This document shows, piece after piece, positions 1 to 7,204 of a stretch of DNA of 64,000 nt. The stretch's first letter is position 1. Each line of letters starts with the position of its first letter. This DNA comes from Patescibacteria group bacterium. GTDB lineage: Bacteria > Patescibacteriota > Minisyncoccia > UBA6257 > Colwellbacteraceae. The stretch lies in contig JAMCQZ010000008.1 of NCBI GenBank assembly GCA_023380305.1, positions 122,659-186,658 of the forward strand, read 5' to 3'. The position numbers and the translations under genes are program-made. The notes beneath the pieces were generated by a model. It saw only the letters and a list, made by a program, of their open reading frames with translations, was not told the DNA's origin and searched no databases.

Positions 1-474
1 ACCGACAACGGCGACCGATTTTCCTTTCAAATCGATTTTCTGAAAATCCAATATCTCTTTGACGACGCCGACAGCCGGCGGCAGCACAAGAGGACTTCCT
101 CCGCGGAATCTATTAATCGCCTCCGAACTCAGAGCATCGGGATCTTTCCTAAAAGGCACGGCGTCAAGAATAGCCTGTTTATCAAGGTGTTCCGGCAAAG
201 GAAGCTGGACAATAATCCCTCCGCATTTTTCATCTTCGGCCAAGGCCTTGATGGCGGAAAGAAGCTCCTCTTCTTTGACTTTTTTCGGGAATTCAAAAAC
301 ACGGAAATCGATCCCCGATTTTTCAGCCGCCTGCTGTTTTTGCTTTCTGATAAAACTCATCGAAGCCGGATTATCGCCGACCAGAATGGCTGCTAAAAAC
401 TTATCTACAGGAGCAAAACCCCGAATCCGATCATAGATACGCCGACTGATTTGAAAACCGCTCAAAGCAATCAT
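1..474 (-). CDS. folD: Bifunctional methylene-THF dehydrogenase/cyclohydrolase, 5' part (runs off window start)
   Basis: Not in ORF track. Manual translation gives LAAILVGDNPAS...GIIVQLPLPEHL...KDPD...LPPAVGVVKEIL...LKGKSVAVVG. Lies downstream of glyA on the same strand. Alternative ATG at 486. Confidence 0.9.
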   Translation of the reverse strand, partial: MIALSGFQISRRIYDRIRGFAPVDKFLAAILVGDNPASMSFIRKQKQQAAEKSGIDFRVFEFPKKVKEEELLSAIKALAEDEKCGGIIVQLPLPEHLDKQAILDAVPFRKDPDALSSEAINRFRGGSPLVLPPAVGVVKEILDFQKIDLKGKSVAVVG

Positions 475-576
475 TAGAATGAGCATAGCTTAAAAAAAAC
501 CGATTTTAAAGGAACTTCGGCAGACACTTGCCAAAACAGGCAAAATGTTGTATCTAAAAATAAGGAGGTGTTTGTA

Positions 577-783
577 ATGAGTATCCGCACTCTGACCTGC
601 AGGGATATATGCGATGGACGGAACAGCCTGGTTGATGGCCCGCCCATCACATTGAGACAAGTCGAGGAGATGATGGCGCCAGCCGTCGATCCCCGAGCTC
701 CGGAAAATTCTCCGGAGTACCGACAACTCACCCGGATCATTAACAAAAGAAAAATTCGGGCGCGCAATCCCCGAACTTTGTAG
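577..783 (+). CDS. Small hypothetical protein (68 aa)
   Basis: SD TAAGGAGGTG at 561-570, ATG at 577, own terminator hairpin at 787-808. Confidence 0.6.
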   Translation: MSIRTLTCRDICDGRNSLVDGPPITLRQVEEMMAPAVDPRAPENSPEYRQLTRIINKRKIRARNPRTL

Positions 784-786
784 CCC

Positions 787-808
787 AAGGCTGCCGTAAG
801 GCAGCCTT
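787..808. terminator. Hairpin between convergent orphan ORF and glyA
   Basis: AAGGCTGCC-GTAA-GGCAGCCTT. Confidence 0.7.
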
Positions 809-816
809 CTCCATTT

Positions 817-1977
817 CTATTTTCCTTTTTTTAAAATTTCGTAAATCCTTTTCGCGATCAACTTCATATCTTTCTCTTTCATTCCACGACGAGTAATGGC
901 CGGCGTGCCTATGCGGATGCCCGAAGGTTTGAAAGGAGAGGTGTCTCCAGGAACGCTGTTCCTATTCGCGATAATGCCATTTTTCTCGAGCAATTTCTCG
1001 GCGGTCAAACCGTCTACGCCGAAATTTTTCAAATCCAGAAGCATCAGATGGTTATCGGTTCCGCCGCTTACTAAAACAAACCCGAGTTTTTTAAACTCCT
1101 CGGCCAGAACCCTGGCGTTTTTGACAATCTGCTCCTCGTATTTTTTGAATCCCGGCTGTTGCGCCTCATAAAACATCTGGCATTTGGCGGCAGTAACATT
1201 GTTGTGCGGTCCGCCCTGTAATCCGGGGAAAACCGCCTTGTCGATTTCCTCGACCAGCTCTCGACGGCAGAAAATAACCGCGCCCCGTGGTCCGGCCAAG
1301 GTCTTGTGAGTGGTCGTCGTTACCACGTCGCTCCATGGAAAAGGCGACGGATGAAGCCCGGCGGCAACCAATCCGGCGATGTGGGAAATATCGGCCATAT
1401 GATAAGCGCCGACGGATTTAGCGATTTCGCTAATGCGTTTGAAATTGATCTTGCGAGGATAGGCGGAAATACCGGAGACGATGATCTTCGGTTTATGCTT
1501 TCGGGCCAGTCTGGCTATTTCTCCATAATCGATCAAGCCGGTTTTTTCATCGACTCCGTACTGAACCGCGCGGAAAAACTTCCCGGAAAAAGAGACTTTG
1601 TGGCCGTGGGTAAGATGGCCGCCGGCGGCGAGCTTCATCCCCAGGATCGTTTCCCCCGGCTCCAAAAGCGCCCCGTAGACCGCGAAATTGGCCGGAGAAC
1701 CGGAATACGGCTGGACATTGGCGTGCCATTTAGAAGGGCTAATATGAAAAGCCTTCAGGGCGTTTTCCTCGCAAAGCAACTCGATTTCATCGTAATACTT
1801 GTTCCCGGGATAATAGCGCTTGCCCGGATAACCTTCGGAATATTTGTTAACCAGGACCGATCCCAGAAGCTCCCTCACCTCATCCGAAGCGTAGTTTTCG
1901 GAAGCGATGAGGTCGACATCGCGAGTCTGCCTCCGCTCTTCTTTTTTAACCAGATCCCAAAGCCTCTTGTACTTCAT
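817..1977 (-). CDS. glyA: Serine hydroxymethyltransferase
   Basis: LIASEN, NKYSEGYPGKRYY, GGHLTHG and TTTTHKTL (PLP lysine) motifs. Start moved to MKYKRLW. Confidence 0.97.
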   Translation of the reverse strand: MKYKRLWDLVKKEERRQTRDVDLIASENYASDEVRELLGSVLVNKYSEGYPGKRYYPGNKYYDEIELLCEENALKAFHISPSKWHANVQPYSGSPANFAVYGALLEPGETILGMKLAAGGHLTHGHKVSFSGKFFRAVQYGVDEKTGLIDYGEIARLARKHKPKIIVSGISAYPRKINFKRISEIAKSVGAYHMADISHIAGLVAAGLHPSPFPWSDVVTTTTHKTLAGPRGAVIFCRRELVEEIDKAVFPGLQGGPHNNVTAAKCQMFYEAQQPGFKKYEEQIVKNARVLAEEFKKLGFVLVSGGTDNHLMLLDLKNFGVDGLTAEKLLEKNGIIANRNSVPGDTSPFKPSGIRIGTPAITRRGMKEKDMKLIAKRIYEILKKGK

Positions 1978-2000
1978 ATATAGAAAAGGATAACAACAAT

Positions 2001-2029
2001 TTGACGAATAGACAAAGCTGTCGTAGAAT
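2001..2029 (+). promoter_or_regulatory. Sigma70-type promoter for ORF 2078
   Basis: TTGACG-17 nt-TAGAAT. Confidence 0.6.
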
Positions 2030-2077
2030 CCGGCTGCTGGATGGCGCCCCGCGCCGTCCGCGGAAGGAGGGTAAAAA

Positions 2078-2416
2078 ATGTCAAAAGCCCAACCTTTGAC
2101 CCTCGACGACCTGTACAAAGTTCTTTGCCAAAAAGGTCAACTGACCGATCAACCGCCGGATCCAACCGACGAGCAGAAGCTTTCCGCCCTCGAGGCATAC
2201 GCGCACGCGCAACACTGGGTGATCCGCGTCGTCATGTTCTACGCCTTCGACGACGAGACTCCCAGGCCCCTGTACTACTTCTTCCAGGATCACTTCCAAG
2301 AAGAAGTGAACGATGACGGAGCCAAGCTCGACGCGATCAGGGCGTTGGCCAGTCGGACCGGCAAGAAGCTCATCGAAACCACCAAGTACGCGTTCGACTA
2401 TGATCTCGACGATTGA
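2078..2416 (+). CDS. Hypothetical protein (112 aa)
   Basis: Promoter, SD AAGGAGG at ~2063-2069 and terminator at 2426-2457; no family recognised. Confidence 0.75.
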   Translation: MSKAQPLTLDDLYKVLCQKGQLTDQPPDPTDEQKLSALEAYAHAQHWVIRVVMFYAFDDETPRPLYYFFQDHFQEEVNDDGAKLDAIRALASRTGKKLIETTKYAFDYDLDD

Positions 2417-2425
2417 GTCGAACGC

Positions 2426-2457
2426 AGAGCCGCCCCCACCAAGGCGGCTCTTCTTTT
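2426..2457 (+). terminator. Intrinsic terminator
   Basis: AGAGCCGCC...GGCGGCTCT followed by T-rich tract. Confidence 0.65.
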
Positions 2458-2899
2458 ACGATCGATAAACAATCCTCCCCAAATAATTTTTGAGTATTTT
2501 CGCGCTCGGCGGGTAAACTTTTTCCGGCAAGTTATCCAAATCAAACCAGCGCCATTCGACGATTTCTTCCGGTTCCATCACCCTCGGCTCTCCGGAAAAA
2601 TCTTCCGAGATAAATCCGGCCGTCACAAAATGCTTATCCGGGATAATCTCGTCGGCCACACTGATCAACTCCAATTTTTTCAAAATAATTCCAGTCTCCT
2701 CTTTGGCTTCACGCAAGGCGGCCTCCTTCAGAGTCTCCCCGAAATCAAGCTTGCCTCCGGGCATTGTCCAGGTCCCTTCGCCGTGGAGCTCGCTCGAGGC
2801 TTTTGCCGGATCGTCGTTCCGCCGGCCGAGTAAGACCCTGCCTTCGCGAAAAACCATCACCCCCACTCCTATACCCGGTTTTGGATTGATGTCAGACAT
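2456..2899 (-). CDS. NUDIX hydrolase (MutT-like)
   Basis: Nudix box GGKLDFGETLKEAALREAKEETG. Confidence 0.92.
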   Translation of the reverse strand: MSDINPKPGIGVGVMVFREGRVLLGRRNDDPAKASSELHGEGTWTMPGGKLDFGETLKEAALREAKEETGIILKKLELISVADEIIPDKHFVTAGFISEDFSGEPRVMEPEEIVEWRWFDLDNLPEKVYPPSAKILKNYLGRIVYRS

Positions 2900-3182
2900 A
2901 AGCCTATTTTAGGCCGTCTTTGCCCTCAATAAAAGGCTCCTAACCGCAACCAGGCAGAAACGAACAAGGGTTATCCACAATTTTGGGATTACACCGGGGG
3001 CTTTTTCCGCTAAACTTATTGCTAGTGTCTAAATCAGACTACCAGAATAAAATTCCGAAAATCGAAAAGGTTGATTCGCGAAATGAGCCGCTTGGCTCAT
3101 TTTTTTTAATCTATAACCGTTCGCTTCTTAGTCCGCCGTTCCAACCGACGGATTTTTAAAATCTCAAACATAAAAAATAAAA

Positions 3183-4199
3183 ATGAACACCCACCATTTA
3201 AAAAACCTTATCAAAATAAACAATTCGATTTTTGACGCCGGTCGCGAGCATTATAAAAACGCCGGGCTGACTTACGCCGAGGTGCCGCATATCGTCGGCA
3301 TCACCGGAGCCTGCGAAAACGTCGACACCCTTTTTAAGATCAGAAACCGGCAGGATATTCCCCTTTTCTTCACCCAAACCGGCCAACTGTCGCTCGAACA
3401 GCTTCTCCAGTGCCTTCCCGGAATATATACGATTATCCATAGCGGCCGAGACGAAGAAGATGAAGACAACCGGCACCTCCGCCAATTTATGCTGATCGAA
3501 GAAGAGTTCGATTGGAGTTTCGTCGATAAAGATCCGGCGGCCTACGATGAAGAAACGATGTACGAACACCTGCTCCGCCACATCGAATCAGCGGTCAAAG
3601 CAATGATTAGGAAAGCGCTCGAAGACAACGCCGAAATGCTATCCGATGATTATAAACGCGACACGAACAAGCTAAAGGAGGCGCTCGATCAACCCTTCTT
3701 CCGCATGGATTACGGTGAGGCCGTCGAGCTTTTAAAGAAGAACGGTTTCCCGGATCTTTCTTGGGGAAACGACTTGAAGGCCGAACACGAAGCGACCGTC
3801 GTCGGATTATTGAACGCTGACGGAACCGAGCGGCCGGTCTTTATCATGCGCTATCCGGAACATATCAAATTTTTCAATATGAAAGTCTCCGGGAAGAATC
3901 CCGACGTTGTCCTATCGGCCGATCTCATCTTTCCCTACGCCGGCGAAGGCGTGGGTTCGGCCGTGCGCGAACCGGACGGCGAAAGGCTTGAGAAAAGACT
4001 GCTTGGATCAACCATGTTCAAGCTCCACAAAGAACGCGGCGGCGAACTGGAGGATTTCCGCTGGTATCTTGACCTCGTGAAATCAAAGCAAACCCATCCG
4101 CACGCGGGTTACGGCTTGGGGAACGAAAGGCTCGTCCAATATATTTTGGGTTCGCAAGACATCCGCGAATGTTCGACTTTCGGAGCGCTCAAAAATTAA
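3183..4199 (+). CDS. AsnRS-like catalytic-domain-only protein, probably archaeal-type asparagine synthetase
   Basis: GACE motif, QTGQLSLE, motif 2-like RDE...RHLRQF, motif 3 HAGYGLGNERL; no N-terminal anticodon-binding OB fold. Confidence 0.75.
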   Translation: MNTHHLKNLIKINNSIFDAGREHYKNAGLTYAEVPHIVGITGACENVDTLFKIRNRQDIPLFFTQTGQLSLEQLLQCLPGIYTIIHSGRDEEDEDNRHLRQFMLIEEEFDWSFVDKDPAAYDEETMYEHLLRHIESAVKAMIRKALEDNAEMLSDDYKRDTNKLKEALDQPFFRMDYGEAVELLKKNGFPDLSWGNDLKAEHEATVVGLLNADGTERPVFIMRYPEHIKFFNMKVSGKNPDVVLSADLIFPYAGEGVGSAVREPDGERLEKRLLGSTMFKLHKERGGELEDFRWYLDLVKSKQTHPHAGYGLGNERLVQYILGSQDIRECSTFGALKN

Positions 4200-4203
4200 G
4201 GGG

Positions 4204-4971
4204 TTAGTCTATCAAGGCCGACAACCCCACCCGGCAAAGCTCGTCCTTTATCTTTTCCCTCGAATCGGTCTCCTCGATATAACTCCGGTCGCCGATAGTC
4301 TGGCCCTGGATAAGATTGTCAATGACGTAAAGAATGGCCGTGGCCGGAACCTTGAAGTGGCCGGAGACGGAAAAGAATGTCGAGGTCTCCATTTCCACGC
4401 CGTAGAATCCCTGCTTCGACCAATTCTCGACGTCTTCCAAAGTCTCACCATAAATAGCCTGACAAGTGATGATCGGCCCCCGCCAGACTTTAATCTTCGG
4501 ATCGATTCTATCCTGGGCCATCTTGGAAAGACCTTCGTCGGGAAAATATTTTTTATCGTTGTTCTCCCGGCTATAAATACGGGTAGCGCTTTCATCACCG
4601 AAGCTCCAAGTTGGGATCAGAAAGCTTTGAAGATCAAGCCCGGGATAAAGCCCGCCGCAAGCTCCGATATGGATATTCCTTTTCGATCCGAAAAGGCAAG
4701 CCAAATGGAGATATTCCGAAAGTAATGCTTCACCGTAAACAGCCGCCAGCCAATAGCGTTTTCCGGCGACGGTTATCTCATAAATATGATTTAAAGAATC
4801 CTTGAGTTTCCGGGATTCGTATCCCGGAGCCAAAACATCAAGGGCTTGATGAAGCTTTTGAAAATGCGGTTCCTCTTCGGCCGTGCCGTAAGACAAAAAT
4901 CCAGAGATTTCATAATCCTCCGGCAACCCGAGAACGGCTTTATGGTCTTTGGCGGTGAAGGATTTGTACAT
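4204..4971 (-). CDS. Purine/uridine nucleoside phosphorylase family protein
   Basis: IHIGACGGL and GVEMET motifs. Confidence 0.8.
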   Translation of the reverse strand: MYKSFTAKDHKAVLGLPEDYEISGFLSYGTAEEEPHFQKLHQALDVLAPGYESRKLKDSLNHIYEITVAGKRYWLAAVYGEALLSEYLHLACLFGSKRNIHIGACGGLYPGLDLQSFLIPTWSFGDESATRIYSRENNDKKYFPDEGLSKMAQDRIDPKIKVWRGPIITCQAIYGETLEDVENWSKQGFYGVEMETSTFFSVSGHFKVPATAILYVIDNLIQGQTIGDRSYIEETDSREKIKDELCRVGLSALID

Positions 4972-4994
4972 GTCTCGGCCGAATCGAAATATAT

Positions 4995-5069
4995 TGGGGT
5001 GGCCAACGGGAATCGAACCCGTATCGCCGCTTCCACAGAGCGGAGCTTTACCACTAAGCTATGGCCACC
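4995..5069 (-). tRNA. tRNA-His(GTG)
   Basis: Cloverleaf with G-1, anticodon arm CCGCT-CTGTGGA-AGCGG, encoded CCA. Confidence 0.95.
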
Positions 5070-5152
5070 ATCGCCTTTGTATTCTACAAGAAAACCGCCT
5101 TAGAGCAAACCTTTGACCTGGGGCGTAAAAACGACCGGAGAAACAAATATCC

Positions 5153-5197
5153 TGGTCGGAGAGCCGAGAATTCCTGTCCGCCGCAGGCGAAGAACTC
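5153..5197 (-). pseudogene. 3'-end fragment of a tRNA-Pro with a hairpin inserted in the T-loop
   Basis: GAGTTC[insert]AATTCTCGGCTCTCCGACCA resembles the upstream tRNA-Pro end GAGTTCGATTCTCGGCAGCCCGACA. Confidence 0.6.
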
Positions 5198-5222
5198 AAT
5201 CTTGTTTATAAGACCGACTTTG

Positions 5223-5293
5223 TCGGGCTGCCGAGAATCGAACTCGGTCTACATGCTCCCAAAGCATGCGTACTACCGGTATACTACAGCCCG
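5223..5293 (-). tRNA. tRNA-Pro(TGG)
   Basis: Anticodon arm CATGC-TTTGGGA-GCATG; acceptor CGGGCTG/CAGCCCG. Confidence 0.95.
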
Positions 5294-5332
5294 GATAAAC
5301 TTTGAAGAGACCGCGGCCGATAAGAGACAATC

Positions 5333-5537
5333 GTGCCGCGAGAGGGAAGCTTACTACTCGTCATCGCCATCGCCTATCACATTATATAATTTTGTAGGCG
5401 ATTGTCGGACTCCGTTCTTAAACCCCTCGGTTTGAGACCCGCCGGCAGGCGGATCCGCTACGGAAAGTAAACTTCCCGGCCCCTTCTTTTTTCGATATTC
5501 TTACTCGCGTCATAAAATGCCCCTGACGGGGCACTTT
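5333..5537 (-). repeat. tRNA-linked structured element (Phe copy)
   Basis: 16-bp identity between 5333-5348 and tRNA-Phe end 5538-5553; core GAAGGGCC-hairpin...AAACC-GAGG-GGTTT. Confidence 0.8.
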
Positions 5538-5538
5538 G

Positions 5539-5610
5539 TGCCGCGAGAGGGAATCGAACCCCCGACGCCATCCTCTTCAGGGATGCGCTCTACCACTGAG
5601 CTATCACGGC
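5539..5610 (-). tRNA. tRNA-Phe(GAA)
   Basis: Anticodon arm CATCC-CTGAAGA-GGATG. Confidence 0.95.
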
Positions 5611-5681
5611 CTGAGATAAGGTTAGCATTTCCACCCTGGCTTTTCAATCTCAAAAAAATTGTTGTAGAATGGGTTTGCCAA

Positions 5682-5753
5682 GCCCCTGTAGTTCAACGGA
5701 TAGAACGACGCACTCCTAACGCGCCAATCGAGGTTCAATTCCTCGTGGGGGCA
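5682..5753 (+). tRNA. tRNA-Arg(CCT)
   Basis: Cloverleaf with loop CTCCTAA; anticodon stem has two A-C mismatches. Confidence 0.85.
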
Positions 5754-5778
5754 CACGCTTTAAAAAGCGTAGGACTAC

Positions 5779-5850
5779 GCCCTCGTAGTTCAATGGACAG
5801 AACCGGAGACTTCTAATCTCTTAATGGGGGTCCGATTCCTCCCGAGGGCA
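5779..5850 (+). tRNA. tRNA-Arg(TCT)
   Basis: Anticodon arm GGAGA-CTTCTAA-TCTCT; T-loop TCCGATT. Confidence 0.93.
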
Positions 5851-6076
5851 CATAAATCCGCCGATGAGGCGGATTTTTGGACCACTGGGAGGTCAATCGG
5901 ATTGGAAAAGGGGTCGGGGAAACTACCGTTTCCCCGTGGAGGAAACCTGCCGACAGGCAGGGCTAAAACCGCAGGGTGTTAGAGAAGCCCCTTCCTATTC
6001 TATTGACAATCGTTAGGGGCGAGGGAGATTCCGTGTTTCCCGAGGGCACATAAATCCGCCGACGAGGCGGATTTTT
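5851..6076 (+). repeat. tRNA-linked structured element (Arg-TCT copy)
   Basis: 39-bp direct repeat 5840-5878 / 6038-6076 (1 mismatch) around the shared hairpin core. Confidence 0.85.
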
Positions 6077-6083
6077 ATTAGGC

Positions 6084-6698
6084 TTAATCCTCGAAATACT
6101 TGTTGAACTCCCTGATCAATGTCTGAGCTTTTCGGTTTTGGCTGTTGATCTGACTTACCTGATCGTTGACCTGCTGAAGAATAGAAGAGGTAGCCGCATC
6201 GAAATCTTTCGGAGAATTGCTTAAAAACTTCAACCTCAACTGTTCGAGTAGATTCTGCAGGCCGCCGTTGTAGCTGATCAGCTGATTGACCAAAGTCATC
6301 TCCGCGGAGATGGCCTGCAACCCGGCACCCTGGGCCTGGACAGATTTGATTTCTCCGAGGCTGGCGATCATCTTTTGAAGCTCGGAAAGGAGGCCGATGC
6401 ATTTTTCCCTGATTTCGTTATTCCGTTTGATCTCGACGATCACCAGATCGACGGCTTTTTCGTAATTGCCAGCCTTGTCCTCGCGGCTGATGGCTTCGAG
6501 ATTCGCCGCCGCTTGACTCGAAAGACCGGTAATCTCTTCGGCGATAGCCACGCTGGCTGTTTTGGCTTCCAGAAATTCCGGAGGGACTTCAATTCTTTTA
6601 TTCGGAGAGCGGAAAACAAAGAAAACAGCAACGGCCACCATGGCGATGCCGGAAATTTTCAACCAGAGAAGCGCCTGTTTTTTAGGCATATTTTCCAT
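6084..6698 (-). CDS. Membrane-anchored helical/coiled-coil hypothetical protein
   Basis: N-terminal TM segment then heptad-rich helices. Start moved to MENMPKK because the longer ORF overlaps tRNA-Gly. Confidence 0.75.
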   Translation of the reverse strand: MENMPKKQALLWLKISGIAMVAVAVFFVFRSPNKRIEVPPEFLEAKTASVAIAEEITGLSSQAAANLEAISREDKAGNYEKAVDLVIVEIKRNNEIREKCIGLLSELQKMIASLGEIKSVQAQGAGLQAISAEMTLVNQLISYNGGLQNLLEQLRLKFLSNSPKDFDAATSSILQQVNDQVSQINSQNRKAQTLIREFNKYFED

Positions 6699-6780
6699 AT
6701 TATGAGATTTCTTTACAAGAAGCAAATAATTGATTAACCTGAATAATAGCTTTGTTTTTATAGATAAAAACGCAGAAAAA

Positions 6781-6851
6781 GCGGGATTAGTATAGTGGCA
6801 GTACGCTACCTTGCCAAGGTAATGGCGCCGGTTCGATTCCGGTATCCCGCT
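6781..6851 (+). tRNA. tRNA-Gly(GCC)
   Basis: Acceptor GCGGGAT/ATCCCGC; anticodon loop TTGCCAA. Confidence 0.93.
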
Positions 6852-6993
6852 CATAATAAAATATCCCCTAAAGGGGATATTTTATTTATACGTGATATCC
6901 GGATGAGTATAGGAAAGGGTCTCCGGCAGTTGCCGGACAAACCGAGTGGTTTGAGCGAGGAGTTGTGCGACGACGTTCGATCCCTATCCTGCT
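6852..6993 (+). repeat. tRNA-linked structured element (Gly copy, minimal)
   Basis: Hairpin, CGTGATATCCGGATGAG, GGAAAGGGTC-hairpin-AAACCGAGTGGTTT, GCGACGAC, then degenerate tRNA end GTTCGATCCCTATCCTGCT. Confidence 0.7.
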
Positions 6994-7038
6994 TTATTTT
7001 ACAAAGCCCTTTCCAGCCTATAAACTGAAATAGCCTTT

Positions 7039-7204
7039 GGGAGTTTAGGTAAGTGGTATACCGGCGGTCTCCAATTCCGCAGACAATCAAAAATGGGGCT
7101 ATAGTTCAGTGGTAGAATGTCGATCTCCAAAATCGATGACCGAGGTTCGAATCCTCGTGGCCCCGCCGACTAAGATATATGCGGGACGATTCCTCCAACT
7201 CCCG
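7039..7204 (+). pseudogene. Split tRNA-Trp(CCA): 5' half at 7039-7084, 3' end at ~7181-7204
   Basis: GGGAGTT acceptor strand, D arm GGTA/TACC and CTCCAAT loop; the complementary AACTCCC-G follows GATTCCTCC at 7188. Confidence 0.7.
7095..7165 (+). tRNA. tRNA-Trp(CCA)
   Basis: Acceptor GGGGCTA/TGGCCCC; anticodon arm TCGAT-CTCCAAA-ATCGA. Confidence 0.93.

Noticed and set aside
1978-2077. ZTP or THF riboswitch upstream of glyA
   Set aside because: The short intergenic region is explained by the divergent promoter and SD; no aptamer motif recognised.
5333-6993. tRNA-linked elements as group I or group II introns
   Set aside because: They lie outside complete tRNA genes, and I could not find a group I P7 core or a group II domain V.
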